Origin: Breznakia sp. PF5-3
GTDB lineage: Bacteria; Bacillota_I; Bacilli_A; Erysipelotrichales; Erysipelotrichaceae
Reading direction: 5' to 3'
Assembly (NCBI RefSeq): GCF_029504745.1
Contig: NZ_JAQFIQ010000006.1
Span: forward strand, 36,511-68,510
Length of the DNA stretch: 32,000 nt
Positions 9,353 through 15,761 of the stretch are shown piece after piece. Under the pieces are notes generated by a model that was given only the letters and a program-made list of their open reading frames with translations, was not told the DNA's origin and made no database searches. The stretch's first letter is position 1; every line of letters begins with the position of its first letter. The position numbers and the translations under genes are program-made.

Positions 9353-9428
9353 GGAGGTTTAGCTCAGTTGGGAGAGCATCTGCCTTACAAGCAGAGGGTC
9401 AGCGGTTCGAGCCCGTTAACCTCCACCA
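9353..9428 (+). tRNA. tRNA-Val (anticodon TAC)
   Basis: Hand-folded cloverleaf. Acceptor GGAGGTT/AACCTCC, anticodon stem TCTGC/GCAGA, loop CTTACAA, T-loop TTCGAGC, encoded CCA. Confidence 0.9.
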
Positions 9429-9432
9429 TTAT

Positions 9433-9509
<77 letters not shown>

Positions 9510-9519
9510 TTTTTTTTGT

Positions 9520-9603
9520 GGGGGGGTAGCGAAGTGGCTAAACGCGGCTGACTGTAACTCAGTTCCTTAGGGTTCGACAGTTCGAATCTGTCCCCCCCCA
9601 CCA
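9520..9603 (+). tRNA. tRNA-Tyr (anticodon GTA), class II with a long variable arm
   Basis: Acceptor GGGGGGG/CCCCCCC, anticodon loop CTGTAAC, long variable arm, T-arm GACAG-TTCGAAT-CTGTC, encoded CCA. Confidence 0.88.
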
Positions 9604-9612
9604 TTACTTTCT

Positions 9613-9688
9613 TGGGGTATAGCCAAGCGGTAAGGCACCAGACTTTGACTCTGGCATTTCACTGGTTCGAATCCAGTTACCCCAGCCA
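9613..9688 (+). tRNA. tRNA-Gln (anticodon TTG)
   Basis: Acceptor TGGGGTA/TACCCCA, anticodon stem CCAGA/TCTGG, loop CTTTGAC. The layout closely parallels E. coli tRNA-Gln. Encoded CCA. Confidence 0.88.
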
Positions 9689-9701
9689 ATTTCTTATATG
9701 T

Positions 9702-9777
9702 GACCCGTTAGCTCAGATGGTAGAGCATTTGACTTTTAATCAAAGGGTCGGGCGTTCGAATCGCCCACGGGTCACCA
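9702..9777 (+). tRNA. tRNA-Lys (anticodon TTT)
   Basis: Acceptor GACCCGT/ACGGGTC, anticodon stem TTTGA/TCAAA, loop CTTTTAA, encoded CCA. Confidence 0.9.
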
Positions 9778-9790
9778 TTTATTTATTTTT

Positions 9791-9864
9791 GCGGGTGTAG
9801 TTTAATGGTAGAACTTCAGCCTTCCAAGCTGACTACGTGAGTTCGATTCTCATCACCCGCTCCA
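9791..9864 (+). tRNA. tRNA-Gly (anticodon TCC)
   Basis: Acceptor GCGGGTG/CACCCGC, anticodon stem TCAGC/GCTGA, loop CTTCCAA, discriminator T, encoded CCA. Confidence 0.9.
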
Positions 9865-9878
9865 AATGTAAAACAAAA

Positions 9879-9908
9879 ACTTAACACTCAAATGTGTTAA
9901 GTTTTTTT
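9879..9908 (+). terminator. Rho-independent terminator of the tRNA operon
   Basis: Hairpin CTTAACAC-TCAAAT-GTGTTAAG followed by TTTTTTT. The 3' arm and T-run lie inside direct repeat copy A. Confidence 0.75.
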
Positions 9909-10081
9909 ATGCTTTTTAGAATACTTAATGATGACATTTATGATCATCACCATGATGGTTACATGGAAACATCCGTGCTATATATATTAATGAATGAGAT
10001 AAAAGCTTTTGCACTACTTCATCTGTTTTTCCTTGCACACTTCTATATATGGCTATATTGTTTTCCATTAATATTTCTCTT
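9895..10081. repeat. Direct repeat copy A (~187 bp), paired with 13309-13492
   Basis: Hand alignment with 13309-13492 gives 14 substitutions plus 3 gapped bases, about 91% identity. Homology ends sharply at ...AATATTTCTCTT. Confidence 0.85.
9925..10081 (-). pseudogene. Truncated duplicate of the 3' end of the NifX-like gene (C-terminal ~50 codons only)
   Basis: Track ORF 9925..10128 ends ...REILMENNIAIYRSVQGKTDEVVQKLLSHSLIY...CNHHGDDHKCHH. The intact gene at 13339..13698 ends ...REILKENNIAIYGSVQGKVDEVVQKFLSHSLIY...CNHHGDDHKCHH. The N-terminal two thirds are missing. Confidence 0.8.
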
Positions 10082-10138
10082 AATATGATCAAGAAATCAT
10101 AAACATCTCCTATTCTTATATTATTCAATGCTTAAAAC

Positions 10139-10948
10139 TTACTTTTCGAATTTTTGTAATTCTTCATAAGCGATATCAATATAATAATATCCACCATTTG
10201 CTGAAGAATAACCATTATATACCAAGAGTAAAAGTGAATCTTTTTTAAAATAAGAATATACAGGTTGATCTACATCATTATAATTCTTATAAAATGCTGT
10301 ATCTGCATTTTTTAAAGCATACAAAAGATTATCCCCATACTCATTCATAAAGTCCTCTCTTGCTCCACTCTCCTTAGTTAGAAATCTTGATTTGTCAAAA
10401 ACAAAGTCAACTAACTCTTGATCTATATTATAGACATCTTTCAAACACAACCTTTCACCTGTGGCTAAATTATAATTCAAACTAAATGTAGGATGCCCTG
10501 AAACATTTCTATCGACTATTTCTACTGCTGTAAATTTTATACTGAAAATCTTTCCACGCATATTCCATTCATAATCTATACCAAGAGAAATATTATCTTT
10601 TTTATAAAGTTCATTTCCATTTATATCAGCTAAAAGTAACATTTCTATTTCATTATTAATTTTATTCTCAATATCTTTATTGTGTAATTGATTAATACTA
10701 GGGTATTTTATGTTAATTGTAGGTTCATCTGTATATATACTCAAAATTTCATTAACATAAATGACCTCATTAATACCAATATCATTATAAGCATCAGAAT
10801 ATAAAATATGATCACTATTTTTTTGCGTGTTTTTATCTTTTATAACTGGATTATTTTCCGTAGTTTCTTTTTTATTAGTATTAACACACCCCACAAAAAA
10901 ACAACAAGACATAAGTATTAAAATTATAATCTTAATATTTTCTTTCAT
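10139..10948 (-). CDS. Lipoprotein with DUF4163/DUF3298-like (RsiV-like) motifs; candidate immunity protein for the adjacent LXG toxin
   Basis: Likely start at Met22 of the track ORF, preceded by AAGAGGA. Signal plus lipobox KIIILILMSCCFFVGC. INIKYPSINQLHNKDIENKINNEIE resembles the DUF4163 opening motif, and the C-terminus (YSYFKKDSLLLLVYNGY...GGYYYIDIAYEELQKF) resembles DUF3298. It lies 16 nt downstream of the toxin stop. Confidence 0.55.
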   Translation of the reverse strand: MKENIKIIILILMSCCFFVGCVNTNKKETTENNPVIKDKNTQKNSDHILYSDAYNDIGINEVIYVNEILSIYTDEPTINIKYPSINQLHNKDIENKINNEIEMLLLADINGNELYKKDNISLGIDYEWNMRGKIFSIKFTAVEIVDRNVSGHPTFSLNYNLATGERLCLKDVYNIDQELVDFVFDKSRFLTKESGAREDFMNEYGDNLLYALKNADTAFYKNYNDVDQPVYSYFKKDSLLLLVYNGYSSANGGYYYIDIAYEELQKFEK

Positions 10949-10964
10949 TTTTATCCTCTTTTCT

Positions 10965-12353
10965 TTAATCAAAATATTTCGATGCTTCATCATAGTATTG
11001 TTTTCTATCATTTAGAGATTCTTCATTATCCCATGGGTTGATTAATGCCAGTACATCCTCAACACTACCACCAGTGTCAATAACTGCATTAATTTCACGG
11101 TATTTCCAAAACCATCCTGCTGATTGCCATGGATAATTATCTGCGACATACTGATAGCCTTGATTTACTATTTCTGGATCATCTATTTGATATATTTCTT
11201 TTAAATATGCTGCAAAGGCTTTATAATTACAACGTCCGGTTAATTGGAGCCCTCCAGCACCTCGATATTTGCTACCATCACCTGGTTGTGTATTACCTAA
11301 TTGTCCGCCACTAAATGTACCTGGTTCATATTTATCAAAAGCATTTGAATTATTACCATCCCACTCTACCATATCTCTTCCTCCACCAGTTTCTTTTGTA
11401 GCTTGCGCTATAAAATGCTTTATCCGCTCAGGAGTAGTAATATTATAATCTTCTAACGCTTTATTTAAATCATAAAGAAATTCTTCAGTTACAACATCTT
11501 TTCCATCTCTTGTCTTATTCCATCCCAATAATGTCAATTGCCAACAATCTACATAAATTGTGTAATCTACAAAACCTTGTTTGCTCTTTGTCAATTTATG
11601 TAATTCCTCTATAATTTCCTTTTTTCGTATCTCATCAGCATTCCAATATTCATCTACTAGTTTATCCTGTTTCGTTTGGATACTTTCCAAAAATCTTTTT
11701 TTAAGCACTTCAAATATTTTTCCTATTTCTAAACCTTTATCCTTTTCTTTTTTCTTACTTGTTTTTGATATGATATTTCCAACCCAACTCATCTGCTTGA
11801 TATCTATTTTAAAGCTTCCACTTTTTTCATCCCATGTACCTTTTGATAACATATTCATTCCTTGCTTCACCTGATTGTAATAATATCTAGCTTCATCATA
11901 ATATCCCTCTGCTTCAATATCAAAATTATACAACCTCTCTATCATATCTTGCAAATCCCTTGTTTCATATAACTCCATATCCATCCAAGGCTGTATACCT
12001 ATCTCATATTCCATTATTTCTCTTAATCTATTAAACCTTTCAATTCCTTCATATAAATAATCAGTATCAATATACGCTGTATGCGACCCATCTACTTGAT
12101 TATGAAATTCATTCATATATCGACTATTTGCATGGATTGTAGAAGAACACATATTTTGTATTCCTTCTAACAATGGAAGCCATACCATCTGAAAATATTC
12201 TTTTCCATTATCATATGCTTTTCCTTGTAATTGCTCCTCATTAATCAACCCTATGATTTCTTGTTTTAATTCTTCAATATCCTCTATTTTATTTTGCATA
12301 TTGTGATTCATACCTTCCATCATAATATGCATCTCATTTGCATCAATAATCAT
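10965..12353 (-). CDS. LXG-domain polymorphic toxin (type VII secretion substrate class) with a GH19/lysozyme-like C-terminal domain
   Basis: The N-terminal ~200 aa match the LXG pattern (EEQLQGKAYDNGKEYFQMVWLPLLEGIQ with LQG at aa 42-44, then QVDGSHTAYIDTDYLYEGI). The C-terminal ~170 aa carry GH19/COG3179-type blocks HFIAQATKETGGG (candidate catalytic Glu), GNTQPGDGSKYRGAGGLQLTGRCNYKAF and SAGWFWKY. Confidence 0.7.
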   Translation of the reverse strand: MIIDANEMHIMMEGMNHNMQNKIEDIEELKQEIIGLINEEQLQGKAYDNGKEYFQMVWLPLLEGIQNMCSSTIHANSRYMNEFHNQVDGSHTAYIDTDYLYEGIERFNRLREIMEYEIGIQPWMDMELYETRDLQDMIERLYNFDIEAEGYYDEARYYYNQVKQGMNMLSKGTWDEKSGSFKIDIKQMSWVGNIISKTSKKKEKDKGLEIGKIFEVLKKRFLESIQTKQDKLVDEYWNADEIRKKEIIEELHKLTKSKQGFVDYTIYVDCWQLTLLGWNKTRDGKDVVTEEFLYDLNKALEDYNITTPERIKHFIAQATKETGGGRDMVEWDGNNSNAFDKYEPGTFSGGQLGNTQPGDGSKYRGAGGLQLTGRCNYKAFAAYLKEIYQIDDPEIVNQGYQYVADNYPWQSAGWFWKYREINAVIDTGGSVEDVLALINPWDNEESLNDRKQYYDEASKYFD

Positions 12354-12690
12354 TTCCTTCTCCCTCTATTCTTTTCTTCCTTTGCCAATACACTGCTTCT
12401 TCTTCCTGTTCATTTAATACTCTATTCATTTTTTTATACGCTTCTTTTTCAAACTCTATATATTCATTGTTTTTAATTAATACATTTTTATACAGCTCTT
12501 CCTTTTTACCATAAAAGGTATTGGCTCTATCTCCTTGATACCCTTCAAATACTAAAGCTAATACATTATTCGTTTCTTGTGTATGACAATATATTGCTTC
12601 TCCTGTAGATTCTATTTGCTTAAACTTTTGTTTGTTCCGATATCTTTTAATTTCTATATCCTCTAATTGTTTATTAAATTCATTATTCAT
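12343..12690 (-). CDS. Small charged protein upstream of the LXG gene; candidate LXG-associated helical partner (by position only)
   Basis: 115 aa, Lys/Glu-rich. Its stop overlaps the LXG start by 11 nt. Small helical partners (Lap / YwqH / YwqI-type) normally precede LXG genes. I recognise no family motif. Confidence 0.4.
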   Translation of the reverse strand: MNNEFNKQLEDIEIKRYRNKQKFKQIESTGEAIYCHTQETNNVLALVFEGYQGDRANTFYGKKEELYKNVLIKNNEYIEFEKEAYKKMNRVLNEQEEEAVYWQRKKRIEGEGNDY

Positions 12691-12692
12691 AG

Positions 12693-12968
12693 TTATTTTA
12701 CTTCTCGTATTGTCTTTGCCATCTTTTTATCAACATTGTCAAATGATTTTGCCATAATTAAGAAATAATCAACATCCTTTTGCAGATGAGATTCCAAATC
12801 AGATAATATAGAAAAAGTATCATTTTCACATGATACTGATTATAATATTGATTGTAGAGTACTTTTAGATACTTGTATTGAATTGTTTATTTTACATACT
12901 TTAGATTGAATCTTATGTAATATTGTTACTCTCGTGTTGACAATATCTAAACTAGATTTTAACATCAT
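12693..12968 (-). pseudogene. WXG100/Lap-like small helical protein gene interrupted by one in-frame TAA
   Basis: Hand translation from ATG 12966-12968 (RBS AAGGAAG) gives MMLKSSLDIVNTRVTILHKIQSKVCKINNSIQVSKSTLQSIL, then TAA at 12840-12842. The same frame continues SVSCENDTFSILSDLESHLQKDVDYFLIMAKSFDNVDKKMAKTIREVK to the stop at 12693-12695, 2 nt before the next ATG. Both halves are below the 60 aa track cutoff. Confidence 0.5.
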
Positions 12969-13039
12969 ATTTTCACTTCCTTTATACACTTATGACGTAA
13001 CCATTTAAATTAGCGTTCCCCTTCCATTTGAAAATTCAA

Positions 13040-13308
13040 TCAATTCCTTGTAGTTCTTTCAGATATTATTTCTAAAAAAACAAAGGAGTACAAATACACC
13101 TTTGTTTTTTGAGCAGCTAATAAACTAATCGTTCTAATACCACAATATGTATCAACAATTACTTCATCACCTTTTAATTCTAATAAAGACAATGCTTTAT
13201 CATATAGTTTTTCACATTGTTCATGATTGATTTGGTAAAATGACTTCGGTGATATTATCTTAAAAGTTAAGCCACAAAGTGTATCATAGAAATATCCTTT
13301 TCCAAATA
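13040..13308 (-). pseudogene. Internal fragment of a RumA/TrmA-type RNA (uracil-5)-methyltransferase gene
   Basis: IFGKGYFYDTLCGLTFKIISPKSFYQINHEQCEKLYDKALSLLELKGDEVIVDTYCGIRTISLLAAQKTKV matches the central region and SAM motif I of this ~450 aa family (normally CGxGT; here CGIRT). The N-terminal TRAM domain and the C-terminal catalytic half are absent. The upstream edge coincides with the repeat B boundary. Confidence 0.65.
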
Positions 13309-13492
13309 TGTTAAGTTTTTTTATACTTTTTAGAATATTTAATGATGACATTTATGATCATCACCATGATGGTTACATGAAGCATCTGTGCTATATATTA
13401 ATGAATGAGATAAAAACTTTTGCACTACTTCATCCACTTTTCCTTGCACACTTCCATATATAGCAATATTATTTTCTTTTAATATTTCTCTT
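13309..13492. repeat. Direct repeat copy B (~184 bp), paired with 9895-10081
   Basis: See copy A. It covers the 3' third of the intact NifX-like gene plus 30 bp of its downstream flank. Confidence 0.85.
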
Positions 13493-13698
13493 GCTCCTGC
13501 ACCTATGCCACCACAGATAAGTGCATCAATGCCTTGATCTTTCAAAAACTTCCCTAAACTTCCATGCCCTTGGCCATTTGTACCAATACATTCACTATCA
13601 ACAATTTTATTATCTCTTATCTCAAAGATTTTAAACTGTGTAGTCTTTCCAAAGTGTTGAAACACATTTCCTTCATCATAAGTAACTGCTAATTTCAT
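13339..13698 (-). CDS. NifB/NifX-family (dinitrogenase FeMo-cofactor biosynthesis domain-like) protein with a His/Cys-rich tail
   Basis: 119 aa. MKLAVTYDEGNVFQHFGKTTQFKIFEI and ALICGGIGAGAREIL are typical of the PF02579-type domain. The C-terminal tail is CNHHGDDHKCHH. Confidence 0.75.
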   Translation of the reverse strand: MKLAVTYDEGNVFQHFGKTTQFKIFEIRDNKIVDSECIGTNGQGHGSLGKFLKDQGIDALICGGIGAGAREILKENNIAIYGSVQGKVDEVVQKFLSHSLIYSTDASCNHHGDDHKCHH

Positions 13699-13732
13699 TT
13701 TCTTTTCTCCTTTATTATTTCTAATTCAATGC

Positions 13733-14074
13733 TTATTCCTTACTACATGTTCCCCTCTTGCAACATTTCTTTTTATGATTACATTCCCCACAGATTTTAT
13801 ACTCTCCTCCTTCTATGAGCAATGTATCTCCATGTACTAAGAAGGAAGCTATTTTCTTTCTACTCCTTGCATAAATTGCTTGGACTGTTGTACGTGCTAC
13901 TCCCATCTGTTTTGAACATTCCTGTTGATTTAGACCTTCTAAGTCAATCAATCGTATTACCTCATATTCATCAACACTTAAAATAATTTTATTTATATCG
14001 TTTCTTGTTTGAGAATGAAAACAGTTATGTTTTGGTAAATGGCACACGTTTCTTCCTTTTTGTGGTCTTGGCAA
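13733..14074 (-). CDS. DUF134 (UPF0251) domain protein with a predicted HTH and a Cys-rich C-terminus
   Basis: TTG start preceded by GAGGTG. The family-typical N-terminus is MPRPQKGRNVCHLP. Sigma-70 region 4-like HTH EGLNQQECSKQMGVARTTVQAIY. Tail CGECNHKKKCCKRGTC. Confidence 0.75.
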   Translation of the reverse strand: MPRPQKGRNVCHLPKHNCFHSQTRNDINKIILSVDEYEVIRLIDLEGLNQQECSKQMGVARTTVQAIYARSRKKIASFLVHGDTLLIEGGEYKICGECNHKKKCCKRGTCSKE

Positions 14075-14096
14075 AGCTTCACCTCTTTTCTATTGC

Positions 14097-14130
14097 ATAA
14101 TACGCCCATTATCGACATATGTCAATAATG
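14097..14130 (-). promoter_or_regulatory. Promoter of the DUF134/NifX-like operon, overlapped by a 24 bp near-palindrome (candidate operator)
   Basis: Minus strand TTGACA (complement of 14120-14125), a 17 nt spacer, TATTAT (complement of 14097-14102). The palindrome CATTATCGACATATGTCAATAATG (14107-14130) has one mismatched pair and covers the -35 element. Confidence 0.5.
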
Positions 14131-14133
14131 GAT

Positions 14134-14168
14134 AAAAAATAAAACACTCTATCATTTAGTAGAGTGTT
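14134..14168 (-). terminator. Rho-independent terminator after the TrxB-like gene
   Basis: Perfect 9 bp stem (14143-14151 pairs with 14160-14168) followed on the minus strand by a T-rich run. Confidence 0.65.
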
Positions 14169-14186
14169 TATAAATAACAATCAATA

Positions 14187-15095
14187 CTATTTTATTTTCA
14201 TAGTCGCTTGAATTCCTGCTATTGTACCATCAGCAACAGCAGTTGATATTTGACGAACTTTTTTTACTCGAACATCTCCAACAGCATAGACATTTGGAAG
14301 GTTGGTTTCCATATTTGTGTTTGTCTTAATGTATCCATTTTCTAATTCTATTTCTTTACACCACTGTGTACTTGGATGAGAGCCGATATAAATAAATATT
14401 TGACCTCCAGATAAAGGAATTATTCTTTCTTCTTTATTGCTGTTATTTATTACTTTAATAGACTCTAATCGCTCATAATTATCTACCTCAGATAATGAAC
14501 TATCAGTAATTACTTCAATCGTGTTTGAATTCATAATAGGGTTTTTAAATTGTTCAATACAAGATAATTCTTTTTCTAAAATAATCATATATACTTTTTT
14601 AGTTTTCTTTGCTAAATACAACGCCTCTTTAGCAGCTCCATCAGAACCTCCTACAACACAAACACACTTGTCTTTGTATTGTTCTACTTGTTCAAAAGAA
14701 TTATGCAATGCTATCGGATATTTAAATTTGCTCTTATTAATATTAGACAATTCGTTTTGAATTGTACCTGTAGCTATAATAACCACCTTAGCTTGATAAC
14801 AATCTTTATCGGTACGTATTTCTTTTGTATCACCTGATAAATTTGCATCTAGTATATTCCCTTGTACAATTTCTATATCCATCTCTTTTACTTGCTTCCA
14901 AATGCGCTTTGCTAATTCTGGACCAGATTCATCATTTAAAACACCTGCATAATGAGTTACCGTTGAAATATTTTGAATCGTTCCTCCAACAAAGGATTCT
15001 TTTTCTATCAACAGAACATTTTTTCCTCTACTCTTTGCATAGATTGCACTAGACATTCCAGCAACACCTGCTCCAACAACTATTATATCGTACAT
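14187..15095 (-). CDS. Thioredoxin reductase-like FAD/NAD(P)-dependent oxidoreductase lacking the redox-active CxxC
   Basis: FAD motif IIVVGAGVAGMSSA, second dinucleotide motif VCVVGGSDGAAKEALYLA, C-terminal YAVGDV. Where TrxB has CATCDG, this protein reads PIALHNSFEQVEQY, with no Cys. Confidence 0.75.
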   Translation of the reverse strand: MYDIIVVGAGVAGMSSAIYAKSRGKNVLLIEKESFVGGTIQNISTVTHYAGVLNDESGPELAKRIWKQVKEMDIEIVQGNILDANLSGDTKEIRTDKDCYQAKVVIIATGTIQNELSNINKSKFKYPIALHNSFEQVEQYKDKCVCVVGGSDGAAKEALYLAKKTKKVYMIILEKELSCIEQFKNPIMNSNTIEVITDSSLSEVDNYERLESIKVINNSNKEERIIPLSGGQIFIYIGSHPSTQWCKEIELENGYIKTNTNMETNLPNVYAVGDVRVKKVRQISTAVADGTIAGIQATMKIK

Positions 15096-15185
15096 ATAAA
15101 ATCTCCTTCTCTTTATTCTATATACAGTATACGCTCTTTCTTACACAATTAGAAAGTAAAGTGATAAATCAATTAAGCTACACGC

Positions 15186-15761
15186 TTACCCATTGTCCTT
15201 CTTATGCTTTAGTTGACATATAGCTTGGGTCATTGTCCCCATTGGACAATATACACACCATGATCGTGGCTTAAACAAGAACATGCTCACGATTCCTAGT
15301 ATTGTTGATGTCAACATTACACTATAAAAACCAAAAGCAAATTGAGCTACCCAATTGCTAACAATTGACGTATTACTCCACCACCAAGGTAATTTAAATA
15401 CCCACATTAACGTAACTACCTCTTTTAGTGAAGCACCTGCAAAAACTAAATAGGTATTCCAAATCATCAATAGAAACATTGACATAAAAAAGACTAAAAA
15501 ACCATAGCGAAACCATTTTGTACGCAAAATTTTTGGTGATATTTTTCTTTGTGATAAGCCATATTTTTCTCCTAAAATTTCTAATAATTGTCCTCTCCCG
15601 CAATACTTATTACAATAAGCTTTATCCCCACCAAAAATTGAGATCAACAATGGAATACTAAAGCAAAGTAAACCAAGCCAAGCAAATAAGATATTAAAAA
15701 AACCAAGAATTAGATATACCAAAGATACCACCCAAAGATACTCATACCAATGCTTTTTCAT
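15186..15761 (-). CDS. Integral membrane 4Fe-4S binding protein (NapH-like Cys motifs)
   Basis: 191 aa with several TM segments. Motifs YCNKYCGRGQ and WCVYCPMGT resemble those of NapH/MauN-type membrane iron-sulfur proteins. Confidence 0.6.
   Translation of the reverse strand: MKKHWYEYLWVVSLVYLILGFFNILFAWLGLLCFSIPLLISIFGGDKAYCNKYCGRGQLLEILGEKYGLSQRKISPKILRTKWFRYGFLVFFMSMFLLMIWNTYLVFAGASLKEVVTLMWVFKLPWWWSNTSIVSNWVAQFAFGFYSVMLTSTILGIVSMFLFKPRSWCVYCPMGTMTQAICQLKHKKDNG

Noticed and set aside
9520-9599. G7 and C7/C8 homopolymer tracts as possible phase-variation sites
   Set aside because: They are the two strands of the tRNA-Tyr acceptor stem and pair with each other.
9612-9800. 62 aa plus-strand ORF
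   Set aside because: It runs straight through tRNA-Gln, tRNA-Lys and the start of tRNA-Gly, so it is an artefact of ORF calling over RNA genes.
9894-10088. 64 aa plus-strand ORF overlapping the NifX-like fragment
   Set aside because: It is antisense to the duplicated gene fragment. The meaningful homology is on the minus strand, and even that is a pseudogene.
10949-11011. 47 nt overlap between the lipoprotein ORF and the toxin gene implied by the longest-ORF call (10139..11011)
   Set aside because: An internal ATG (Met22) with a strong AAGAGGA RBS starts directly at the signal peptide (MKENIKIIILILMSCCFFVGC). The upstream extension is probably not translated.
13040-13351. 103 aa ORF taken at face value as an intact gene
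   Set aside because: Its first ~14 codons overlap the NifX-like gene's 3' end in another frame. The rest is a doubly truncated methyltransferase fragment, so I report it as a pseudogene instead.
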